A DNA stretch of 29,037 nucleotides from a virus: the UHGV virus genome UHGV-0149439. The stretch is one strand, 5' to 3'. A program made the translations under genes and the position numbers. A model generated the notes under the pieces. The model was not told the DNA's origin, searched no databases, and worked only from the letters and a program-made list of their open reading frames with translations. Positions within the stretch are counted from its first letter, which is position 1. The number at the start of each line of letters is the position of its first letter. Of the stretch, positions 1 through 6,826 are shown one piece after another.

Positions 1-49
1 CGCCGCGGATTGTATCTTCCTGGCATGACGGATCAATGTGTTTTAAGTA

Positions 50-289
50 TTAATGCCACGTCTTTTTGCTCAGGCTTGTTATAGCTGAAATCGCATGTGC
101 TGAATCATCAAAAAGCCGGGTCAGTACAGGAACCCACTGCCTGTTTTTGTACTCAAGCACCTGATGTCCAGGCAGGTCTTTGCTGATGATGGCAAATGTC
201 CTGAGTTCAGGCGTTGGAACAGGGAGTTCGGTGCCAGGCGGGAAATATATTCTTACCCTGGCAATAATCATGTTGTCCATGCTCATCAT
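50..289 (-). CDS. Hypothetical small protein (79 aa from ATG at 289; ORF track opens at GTG 304), directly downstream of the dinI-like gene
   Basis: ATG at 289-287 overlaps the dinI-like stop in an ATGA arrangement (translational coupling); no family recognised. Confidence 0.45.
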   Translation of the reverse strand: MMSMDNMIIARVRIYFPPGTELPVPTPELRTFAIISKDLPGHQVLEYKNRQWVPVLTRLFDDSAHAISAITSLSKKTWH

Positions 290-525
290 TCGTTCACCAG
301 CCACATATCGGCTTCTTCAAACATCTCTTCCAGCATACGGTTAAGTCGTTCTTTTTCGGTCTTTGTGCTGTCGCTGTTTAATGCGTTAGCCTGCATTGGC
401 TTAACTCTCACGTCGGCGTCGGGGAAGATCCGGTGTACGCGCTTTGTCAGCTCGTTAAGAATGATGTTTCTTGCGCCCGGTAGCCCCTCGACATTACGCT
501 TGTCATAAACCAGTTCAACGAACAT
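286..525 (-). CDS. dinI: DinI-family protein (79 aa)
   Basis: Internal Met of track ORF 286..732; translation MFVELVYDK...EEADMWLVNE matches recalled DinI length and C-terminal acidic W-x-V-x-E ending; perfect LexA box 19-38 bp upstream. Confidence 0.8.
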   Translation of the reverse strand: MFVELVYDKRNVEGLPGARNIILNELTKRVHRIFPDADVRVKPMQANALNSDSTKTEKERLNRMLEEMFEEADMWLVNE

Positions 526-543
526 AAAAGCACCCCGGAAAAT

Positions 544-563
544 TACTGTGATTGTATACAGTA
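544..563 (-). promoter_or_regulatory. LexA (SOS) box TACTGTGATTGTATACAGTA upstream of the dinI-like gene
   Basis: Exact CTGT-N8-ACAG core with TA flanks, matching the enterobacterial LexA consensus. Confidence 0.75.
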
Positions 564-567
564 TTTT

Positions 568-587
568 TACTGTAAAAATAAATAGTG
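568..587 (-). promoter_or_regulatory. Possible second, imperfect LexA-like box (CTGT-N8-ATAG)
   Basis: tactgtaaaaataaatagtg; one mismatch in the conserved 3' triplet. Confidence 0.3.
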
Positions 588-645
588 TCAAGGTGAGCGG
601 AGCGCGAAAGGGGGATGTGTTTTTGTTACCCTTAGTTACAAATAG

Positions 646-679
646 AAAAACCCCAGACCGTGAGATCTGGGGTTCTTTT
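646..679. terminator. Bidirectional intrinsic terminator-like hairpin
   Basis: 7-bp stem ccccaga/tctgggg (651-657 / 666-672) flanked by an A-run upstream and a T-rich run downstream. Confidence 0.5.
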
Positions 680-835
680 AAAGTGCACGTGCACTTCACG
701 TGTATATTTTTGTCTTTTCTCGGTCTGCGCACTGTCTGGTCAGTGTCCTTAAGTGGCTGTTTTTATTGCCGCTGTCCGGTTGCAGTCCTATCAAAAGTGC
801 TGGCGGGAGTTGAACCAGCGTCCGTAATCATTTAA

Positions 836-1615
836 CTATCTGTTTTTGTTGAAATCATGTTCATCTATAAAATCCGCGTAGCTTTTGCGTATCCTTTGCT
901 GTATCTGCGCAGTCTTACTATTTTTTGATACTTGGAACATTAAAGCGCCGCGATAAGTATTTTCGTAGGGTTGCTTTCCGTACTCGCGTAGATGATATTG
1001 GCTTGAGTAACTTATAGAAAATTTCTTTCCCTTTGCATCTGAGAAAGTGATTTTTAATGACGGGCCATCAACAATTGTGGGTATTTCACCATTCATAATA
1101 CGTAATGAATTTAATTCGTTTAGCAATATAATTAGAAAAACTGGAGGAAGGATAGTTCTGATTGGTTTTTTTTCTATATTTATGGGTAGCAGATAATTAT
1201 GGGAGTAATAATTTTCTAAGCTATATGGAATGGTTATTCCACCCCCGGATATTTTTATTGATTTATTGTTTGAGTTTTTTCGAGTTTCATACTTTAAATC
1301 AAAAATCTTTGAAATGGAATTTAATTTTTCTTCGGCTGGATATTCCCAAAATAGCTTTACATTTATGGCAGTGCCTAACCCTGAGTTAACTAACTCAGGT
1401 TTGATATCATCTATGGGTATTCTAGCTAGTGGCATGGCTGAATAATGATGCTCATTCATTGAAACTGTGAGCAAATCCAAATCATTAATTAATAATTGTG
1501 GTCTAATTGATTCCTTTCTTTGAACTACTGTTTGCCTAATTGCAAGGTATGCCGCAATTGCTGATAATGTACTAGCAATCAATCCACCGTATGTAACAAA
1601 ACTAGTGTCTGCCAT
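836..1615 (-). CDS. Hypothetical membrane-anchored protein (259 aa), low-GC cargo gene next to the integrase
   Basis: Long ORF with clearly lower GC than flanking genes (by eye, not computed); N-terminal hydrophobic helix (GGLIASTLSAIAAYLAI); no recognisable family. Confidence 0.7.
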   Translation of the reverse strand: MADTSFVTYGGLIASTLSAIAAYLAIRQTVVQRKESIRPQLLINDLDLLTVSMNEHHYSAMPLARIPIDDIKPELVNSGLGTAINVKLFWEYPAEEKLNSISKIFDLKYETRKNSNNKSIKISGGGITIPYSLENYYSHNYLLPINIEKKPIRTILPPVFLIILLNELNSLRIMNGEIPTIVDGPSLKITFSDAKGKKFSISYSSQYHLREYGKQPYENTYRGALMFQVSKNSKTAQIQQRIRKSYADFIDEHDFNKNR

Positions 1616-1623
1616 GTTGTAGT

Positions 1624-1650
1624 ATTCCTGCCTAAAAATCAGGCAGGAAT
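1624..1650 (-). promoter_or_regulatory. Perfect 10-bp-stem hairpin between the integrase stop and the 259-aa gene start, covering its Shine-Dalgarno
   Basis: attcctgcct / aggcaggaat arms with a 7-nt loop; start codon 8 nt beyond the stem on the mRNA; no U-tract. Confidence 0.4.
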
Positions 1651-1656
1651 TATTTG

Positions 1657-2832
1657 TCAGTTAGTTTTTTTATTCAAGTGGGTAACAGATGTATTGTTAT
1701 CGTATGCTTTAAGATACCTACCGTAATGTCGAAAAAGCATCTCTGGCCCCTTATGCCCCATTTGCCCCGCCAGCCAGAAAAGGTTAACTCCTCGACTGAT
1801 TAGGCGTGTGGCATATGTGTGACGGGTCTGATAGGGATTGCGGTACCTGATACCGGCTTTCCGTAGCGTTGGCACCCACGCTTTTTTCCTTATTGCATCC
1901 GCGCTGGCCCATGGCTTGTATGTCTTTGGATCCTCAAAGACACAGCCATCTTTCATGAAAGTAAAGGGCTTTTGATCGTTAAGTGCGATTATCGCTTCCT
2001 CAGTTAATTCAACTTTGCGAGTTCCCGCCTTAGTTTTCGTACCTTTTGTCACGCCTGAAACACTGGCGCTCTGTACATGCGCCGTCTTCTCAATGAAATC
2101 AATATCCCTCCAGCGGAGTGCGCATAGTTCCGAGCTGCGAAGTCCTGTCTGGATCGCAAATCTGAATAAGTTCTTCCACTGCTTATTGCCTGTTGATGTT
2201 AACAGCGCGTTCACCTCAGCTGGTGACAGCGGATCAACCACATAACTACTTTCTGCCTCTGATTTATCACTTTGGTACCGTGAAGCTGTCACCAGTGATA
2301 CAGGGTTAATCTGAAGCACACCATCCGTCACCGCCTCATCCAAAGCTGAACGCAGGAATGACAGTTGGTTTCGGATAGTCTTTAATGTTGTTTTCTGGTT
2401 CTGGATCCATGTCTTCAGCGCGGCCGGCGTCAACTCACTTGCAGGAAAAATATGAAGTGATGACAGCGCGCTTCGGCATTTCTTATATCCACCAATTGTT
2501 GAAGGGGATAGTTTTCTCGTTTCACAGATAACCAGATACTCGTCCAGGTACATCTTCACCGTTTTGCCTGCGGCAGCGTTGCCGAAAATTTTTAACCGGG
2601 TAGAACGGGGAAAGTATTCTGCATAAACAAATGTCCCCCTCTCGATCTTGTTATGGATTTCGCCGAGTGTGCGCTCGGCGTATTTGATGTTTTTAGGAGT
2701 TACGTCCAGATTAGAAAGGGGCTCACGGCATTTAACCCCTTTATAAGTGAAAGTAATATTGATGGTTTCGCCGTTGCGGTGTTTCCTGATGGTTACGCCG
2801 CGCGGGAGCTTAGGCGATTCTGTCGTGCCCAT
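1657..2832 (-). CDS. int: Tyrosine site-specific integrase (lambda Int family), 391 aa
   Basis: Size and C-terminal catalytic region typical of tyrosine recombinases (R...H-x-x-R...Y arrangement, HTYATRL... context); GAGG Shine-Dalgarno 8 nt upstream; excisionase immediately upstream. Confidence 0.93.
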   Translation of the reverse strand: MGTTESPKLPRGVTIRKHRNGETINITFTYKGVKCREPLSNLDVTPKNIKYAERTLGEIHNKIERGTFVYAEYFPRSTRLKIFGNAAAGKTVKMYLDEYLVICETRKLSPSTIGGYKKCRSALSSLHIFPASELTPAALKTWIQNQKTTLKTIRNQLSFLRSALDEAVTDGVLQINPVSLVTASRYQSDKSEAESSYVVDPLSPAEVNALLTSTGNKQWKNLFRFAIQTGLRSSELCALRWRDIDFIEKTAHVQSASVSGVTKGTKTKAGTRKVELTEEAIIALNDQKPFTFMKDGCVFEDPKTYKPWASADAIRKKAWVPTLRKAGIRYRNPYQTRHTYATRLISRGVNLFWLAGQMGHKGPEMLFRHYGRYLKAYDNNTSVTHLNKKTN

Positions 2833-3011
2833 TTTGCAACCTCATTAAGATCAATCCATCTTTCCTTAACGCCGTCGACCTTTAGCACCTGAACCCCTTC
2901 ACGCCATACTCCACGTTGCACACGTTTGTTGATGGCATCCGGGGTTTCGCCAGTCTCTTTGCAATAAGTTGAGATGGGAACACAATCGAGGCTCAGCATA
3001 TATTTCTCCAT
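2793..3011 (-). CDS. xis: Excisionase-like small DNA-binding protein (72 aa; alternative start at 2999 has a better GGAG Shine-Dalgarno)
   Basis: Small basic protein directly upstream of and overlapping int (40 nt), the classic xis position. Confidence 0.65.
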   Translation of the reverse strand: MEKYMLSLDCVPISTYCKETGETPDAINKRVQRGVWREGVQVLKVDGVKERWIDLNEVAKWARQNRLSSRAA

Positions 3012-3062
3012 ACAATCCCGGCTGCACCCGGTAGTTTGATATTGTTTATTAGCTGGTTATTG

Positions 3063-3614
3063 TTAGTTGGTTTTCTTTAGTCCAAAGTAAAGTCCTGCGG
3101 CTATGCTTATTATGCCTGCAGCTAGAACACCAATAATCCAATAAAATAATGTTATAAATCGTTCTAACTGTTTGTCTGAGTAATCACTCATAACTTTTAA
3201 TGATGTGCTCAATGACTCCATATCTTTCTTCATGAGAGGTAAAGCCATTGCTTTTTCAGGACTATTTCCAAGTATATTATTAAGCGTGGATATCTTTTTC
3301 TGTATGTCATCAACTTTTACTTCCAACGCTTCTATTCGTATATTATCTGGGGTAAGGGTTGAAGTATTTTTTAAGGCACTTAACGTGTTTCTTACCTGAA
3401 ATATCTCATCCCTATAGGTGCTTATTTCGTTCATGAGATGATCTGTATCTATTTTTTTATCATAAGATGTAGGTAATGAAACATTTACTATTGAAGTGGC
3501 TTTATCTTTTATTTCTAAGGTCAAAGGAATGAGTATCGATCCCAAAGCGACCAGCATAAGAATAGGGGATAGTATTGCTATACTCTTTGCTAATGCGTTA
3601 CTTGTAAATGACAT
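3063..3614 (-). CDS. Hypothetical two-TM coiled-coil membrane protein (183 aa), low-GC
   Basis: Hydrophobic helices at both N- and C-termini with a charged heptad-like middle; GAGGGA Shine-Dalgarno before the ATG; TTGCAA -35-like element at 3651-3656. Confidence 0.7.
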   Translation of the reverse strand: MSFTSNALAKSIAILSPILMLVALGSILIPLTLEIKDKATSIVNVSLPTSYDKKIDTDHLMNEISTYRDEIFQVRNTLSALKNTSTLTPDNIRIEALEVKVDDIQKKISTLNNILGNSPEKAMALPLMKKDMESLSTSLKVMSDYSDKQLERFITLFYWIIGVLAAGIISIAAGLYFGLKKTN

Positions 3615-3801
3615 GAGTCCCTCTTCATAGTATTGTGTAGTACGTTTTTATTGCAACTTACTGTTATGGATAGTTTTTTGTTAAAGTCATTGAGAGATTA
3701 GCATGTTTTAGCGTTAATTCATTGCTTTAATGAGGCCAAAACTAATATTCCAAGCCCTGTCTCATTTGCTTAATGACACTATAGGCCAACAGACAATTTA
3801 A

Positions 3802-3900
3802 TCATGGCAGCGTCCAGTGTCGATTTGATTTATTCATAAACATACTCGTATCCAGTAAGCCAAGAAAATCTGGCACTACGGTCATGCGGTCATTACTCAT
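3802..3900 (-). CDS. Candidate small ORF (32 aa, MSNDRMTVVPDFLGLLDTSMFMNKSNRHWTLP), below the ORF-track size cut-off
   Basis: ATG preceded by GAGGG with a 7-nt spacer; same orientation as the leftward operon. Confidence 0.3.
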   Translation of the reverse strand: MSNDRMTVVPDFLGLLDTSMFMNKSNRHWTLP

Positions 3901-4209
3901 GGTTTTACCCTCGTTATGGCGGCTGCCACCGCCGAACTTTCTCCATACACAACAGAGAAGGGCATCTGCATTAGTCGGCGGCTTGCAGAGACCGCTTTCT
4001 TTTTGCCCGGGTGGATTGGGTTATGAGCCCGTCGCCCGGTGATGCCCTTTTCTGTTGTGCCCTGAAAAAGGCTGGCGGTTACCGGACAAGTGGGAAAACA
4101 CCGGGCCGCCAGAACAGGGAGTTACTTGTTATTGCTTTAGCCTGCTTTTAACCACATCAGGCGCGGTGGTATCCTTCTAAGTCGCTACAACCACGAAGGA
4201 ATTTTTTTT

Positions 4210-4449
4210 ATGAGCAATGTTACTTATCTCAACCATGCCAGGCTCGATGCCATTGAGTTGGCTATATCAAGGCTGGCTATTGCTATTACAGAGGCTGAAG
4301 GACCACATACTAAAGAGCTTGAAAGTTCTATCGCCCATTTCCGCGCGCTATTTGAAAAGCCTGATATCACTGAAAAAGAGCGCGAAACCTACCTCAGGAC
4401 GATAAGGTTGTTGGATCCATTAAATAGCGACCCTACCGAGCCGTTCTGA
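4210..4449 (+). CDS. Hypothetical protein (79 aa)
   Basis: ATG with AAGGA Shine-Dalgarno 9 nt upstream; its 3' end overlaps the convergent ORF 4420..4725 by 30 nt. Confidence 0.4.
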   Translation: MSNVTYLNHARLDAIELAISRLAIAITEAEGPHTKELESSIAHFRALFEKPDITEKERETYLRTIRLLDPLNSDPTEPF

Positions 4450-4725
4450 ATCGAGGCGTGCCGCTCTTTCCCTTCGCTCTAAAATCGCCTCAACAATTTC
4501 GACTCCATTGAGGCGCTTCTTTCCATTAATGTCCTGCTGGACCTCTTCTAATGCTGTTTGCGCAAGCTGAATGCGCGATTCAGTCCCGGAATTTGGCTCG
4601 AGCTGTTGAACTCGCTTAGCATCCTCCAGCAGTAGAGCAATGATGTGCTTCAGTTCGTTTGCGTCCACCGTGAACTCCTTTGAAATTTTAAGTGTTAGCG
4701 AATCATCCGGTTCTTCATATGCCAC
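4420..4725 (-). CDS. Hypothetical protein (101 aa), first ORF downstream of the left operator (lambda N position) but not N-like
   Basis: GTG start without a clear Shine-Dalgarno; charged helical composition; position immediately left of the OL-like repeats. Confidence 0.35.
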   Translation of the reverse strand: MAYEEPDDSLTLKISKEFTVDANELKHIIALLLEDAKRVQQLEPNSGTESRIQLAQTALEEVQQDINGKKRLNGVEIVEAILERRERAARLDSERLGRVAI

Positions 4726-4783
4726 CGACGGCTACTTCGTGGGCGTCCTGCCTGTTCGCTATGGAGTAGACAATAAAATTAAA

Positions 4784-4821
4784 TTGCGAATAACGCAAGT
4801 AAATAATTGCGAATTGCGCAA
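4784..4821. promoter_or_regulatory. Left operator candidate: two 15-bp sites TTGCGaataaCGCAA (4784-4798) and TTGCGaattgCGCAA (4807-4821)
   Basis: Perfect inverted half-sites TTGCG/CGCAA with 5-bp spacers, centres 23 bp apart; related sites recur between cI and cro. Confidence 0.5.
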
Positions 4822-4833
4822 TATTAGGTGCAT

Positions 4834-4858
4834 AAAAAAACCGCCATAAAGGCGGTTT
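4834..4858 (-). terminator. Intrinsic terminator downstream of cI
   Basis: Hairpin ccgcc-ataaa-ggcgg followed on the minus strand by a 7-nt U-tract. Confidence 0.6.
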
Positions 4859-4876
4859 CAACATTGATATGTAGCG

Positions 4877-5569
4877 TCAGGCGTGACGTTTGAATGATTG
4901 AGATTGGCTTATCATTACTTTCCCAAAAATGTAAAAACGGTGTTCGTTAGTCTTGTCCACGGACCATTCTCTATATTTTGGGTTATCCGATATCACCAAC
5001 AACTTATCAGGTATCATCTGTAATCGTTTGACGTAAATTTTATCATCAAAACCAAATACATAGATTCCATCACCATCGAACTCATGAATAGAGATATCAA
5101 CGAAGAGAAGATCACCAGGCTCGATTGTCTCAGCCATACTGTCGCCTCGAACGTTGATTACCTTTACTTGATCTGCCGTTCTTCCGCCGAACATCGCTAG
5201 CGCACGTTCATTGTTGTATTCGATTGACCTGATGACATCAATGATGTCGCTGCCTTGAATAAAGCCGCCACCAGCACTGGCACTAACATCAAGAATCTCC
5301 ACTCTAAACACAGATCCATCTCCAGAATGTGGATTACTACCACTGTATTCACATACAGTAGTTTTATTTCCACCTGGAGTAAATAGATCAGCAACGCTAA
5401 CGCCTAAAGCTTGAGCATATTTGCTAAGTGATTGTTCAGTAAATGACTTCTGCTTGCCAGTTTCTACACGCGAGATGTTAGCTCCGTCGACACCAACGGC
5501 TTCAGCAAGATCAGCGATTTTTAGACCCTTCGCAGTGCGAAGTTCTCTTATGCGGTTTCCTATGTTCAT
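4877..5569 (-). CDS. cI: CI-type prophage repressor: N-terminal HTH, C-terminal S24 LexA-like autopeptidase (230 aa)
   Basis: N-terminal HTH (IADLAEAVGVDGANISRVETGK); C-terminal region with GDSM (catalytic Ser) and a downstream Lys; divergent from cro. Confidence 0.9.
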   Translation of the reverse strand: MNIGNRIRELRTAKGLKIADLAEAVGVDGANISRVETGKQKSFTEQSLSKYAQALGVSVADLFTPGGNKTTVCEYSGSNPHSGDGSVFRVEILDVSASAGGGFIQGSDIIDVIRSIEYNNERALAMFGGRTADQVKVINVRGDSMAETIEPGDLLFVDISIHEFDGDGIYVFGFDDKIYVKRLQMIPDKLLVISDNPKYREWSVDKTNEHRFYIFGKVMISQSQSFKRHA

Positions 5570-5589
5570 GCGTCTATTACATGTTTTTT

Positions 5590-5652
5590 TTGCGTGATGT
5601 GCAAAGCAACTTGCGCAAGTCGTATGTTCTAATTAATATGCGTTTTACGCAA
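5590..5652. promoter_or_regulatory. Right operator/promoter region between cI and cro
   Basis: Operator-like sites TTGCGtgatgTGCAA (5590-5604), palindrome TTGCGCAA (5611-5618), ATGCGttttaCGCAA (5638-5652); candidate cro promoter -35 TTGCGC (5611-5616), 17-bp spacer, -10 TAATAT (5634-5639). Confidence 0.5.
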
Positions 5653-5666
5653 TTAAAGGAGGGTAT

Positions 5667-5912
5667 ATGCAATCACCGTTACGAATCTTGCGTAAATCGC
5701 AAGGTATGACTCTTTCCTATGTAGCAAAAGGGGTTGATATCGACCCGGGAAATCTAAGTCGGATAGAGCGAGGGCAGCAAATTGCTTCCCTAGATATTGC
5801 TGAACGTCTAGTCCGTTTCTTCGCGGGAAAAATCAATGAGCTAGAAATCCTTTATCCACACCGCTATTCGAACTGTACAGGCGCGAGTACAGACATAAAA
5901 CCACAGGAATAA
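5667..5912 (+). CDS. cro: Cro-like HTH regulator (81 aa)
   Basis: AGGAGG Shine-Dalgarno; HTH segment MTLSYVAKGVDIDPGNLSRIERG; divergent from cI. Confidence 0.8.
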   Translation: MQSPLRILRKSQGMTLSYVAKGVDIDPGNLSRIERGQQIASLDIAERLVRFFAGKINELEILYPHRYSNCTGASTDIKPQE

Positions 5913-5922
5913 GGGGTTAACC

Positions 5923-6474
5923 GTGGGTAACGAACCAATCTGGAAAGTCGAACGTCAGCCTAGTTGGCTGGTGGTAGCGATTAAAAAAACGATTACCGAT
6001 CTGCCTGGTGGATATTCTGAGGCTGCGGAATGGTTGGGCGTGACAGAGAACGCATTGTTTAACCGCCTTCGTGTGGACGGGGATCAGATCTTCCCTATGG
6101 GATGGGCGATGGTGCTACAGAAAGCCGCCGGTGTTAGCTACATAGCAGATGCGTTTTCTCGTCAAACAGATAACGGGATTCATATCCCTGGTGCAGCACC
6201 AGAAACAGAGAACGAAGAAATTGGCTTAAAGCTGGCTGAGCTGGTGGGCAGGCTTGGGGATCTGGTCAACGCATACCGTCGATACATCGATGATGGTGTA
6301 GTTGATAAAGGGGAGTGGGACAGTCTGAATGAAATCGCCTACCAGTTCCGGGTAACGCTTATGACGTTCCTGAACCTGATTTCACGAGTTTATTGTCTTC
6401 CTGAAAAGAGTGACGCCCGCGAGTGTGCAGCTCCGGGCGCCTTGGCGAACAAATCTTCGAGTATGGAGAAATAA
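5923..6474 (+). CDS. CII-like phage regulatory protein (183 aa); family assignment tentative
   Basis: Position immediately after cro; AAGGGG Shine-Dalgarno then GTG; HTH-like segment AAEWLGVTENALFNRLR. Confidence 0.45.
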   Translation: MGNEPIWKVERQPSWLVVAIKKTITDLPGGYSEAAEWLGVTENALFNRLRVDGDQIFPMGWAMVLQKAAGVSYIADAFSRQTDNGIHIPGAAPETENEEIGLKLAELVGRLGDLVNAYRRYIDDGVVDKGEWDSLNEIAYQFRVTLMTFLNLISRVYCLPEKSDARECAAPGALANKSSSMEK

Positions 6475-6646
6475 TCCGCATGAGCAGTTTAACGGCTTTT
6501 AACCGTCTACCGCAACTCAGGATGATCCCGGTTTCGGGTACTCCGTTGTTTCGGTATGAACGCAGATTATCAAACCGCTGGGTTCCGTGTAACCACAGTA
6601 GGGCGGTTTCAATTGTGGGGGTCTATAACCGGAGGGCAAAACGCCT

Positions 6647-6826
6647 GTGCGCGAACTTAACCGAAGGTTCAAAGACAACCGCGGAGTGCCAGTCCGTGTT
6701 ATCCGCTGGGAGCCAGAAACACAGCGCGTTATCTATCTGCGTGATGGCTACCCACACGAATGCTTCAGCCCACTTGAGCATTTCAGGCAAAAGTTCAGGG
6801 AGATAACGGACGATCATGAGCACTAA
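6647..6826 (+). CDS. Candidate small protein (59 aa, VRELNRRFKDNRGVPVRVIRWEPETQRVIYLRDGYPHECF...), missed by the 60-aa ORF cut-off
   Basis: GGAGGG Shine-Dalgarno 10 nt before a GTG start; ends 11 nt into the replication gene; more protein-like than the overlapping track ORFs 6423..6806 and 6623..6823. Confidence 0.3.
   Translation: MRELNRRFKDNRGVPVRVIRWEPETQRVIYLRDGYPHECFSPLEHFRQKFREITDDHEH

Noticed and set aside
793-830. Possible tRNA 3' fragment or att core (GGTTCAACTCC-like T-loop on the minus strand)
   Set aside because: T-arm pairing is poor and there is no acceptor stem or CCA context; cannot be supported without the bacterial attachment site for comparison.
6423-6823. Track ORFs 6423..6806 (plus) and 6623..6823 (minus)
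   Set aside because: Arg/Ser-rich, no ribosome-binding site; a shorter frame with a strong Shine-Dalgarno (6647..6826) explains the interval better.
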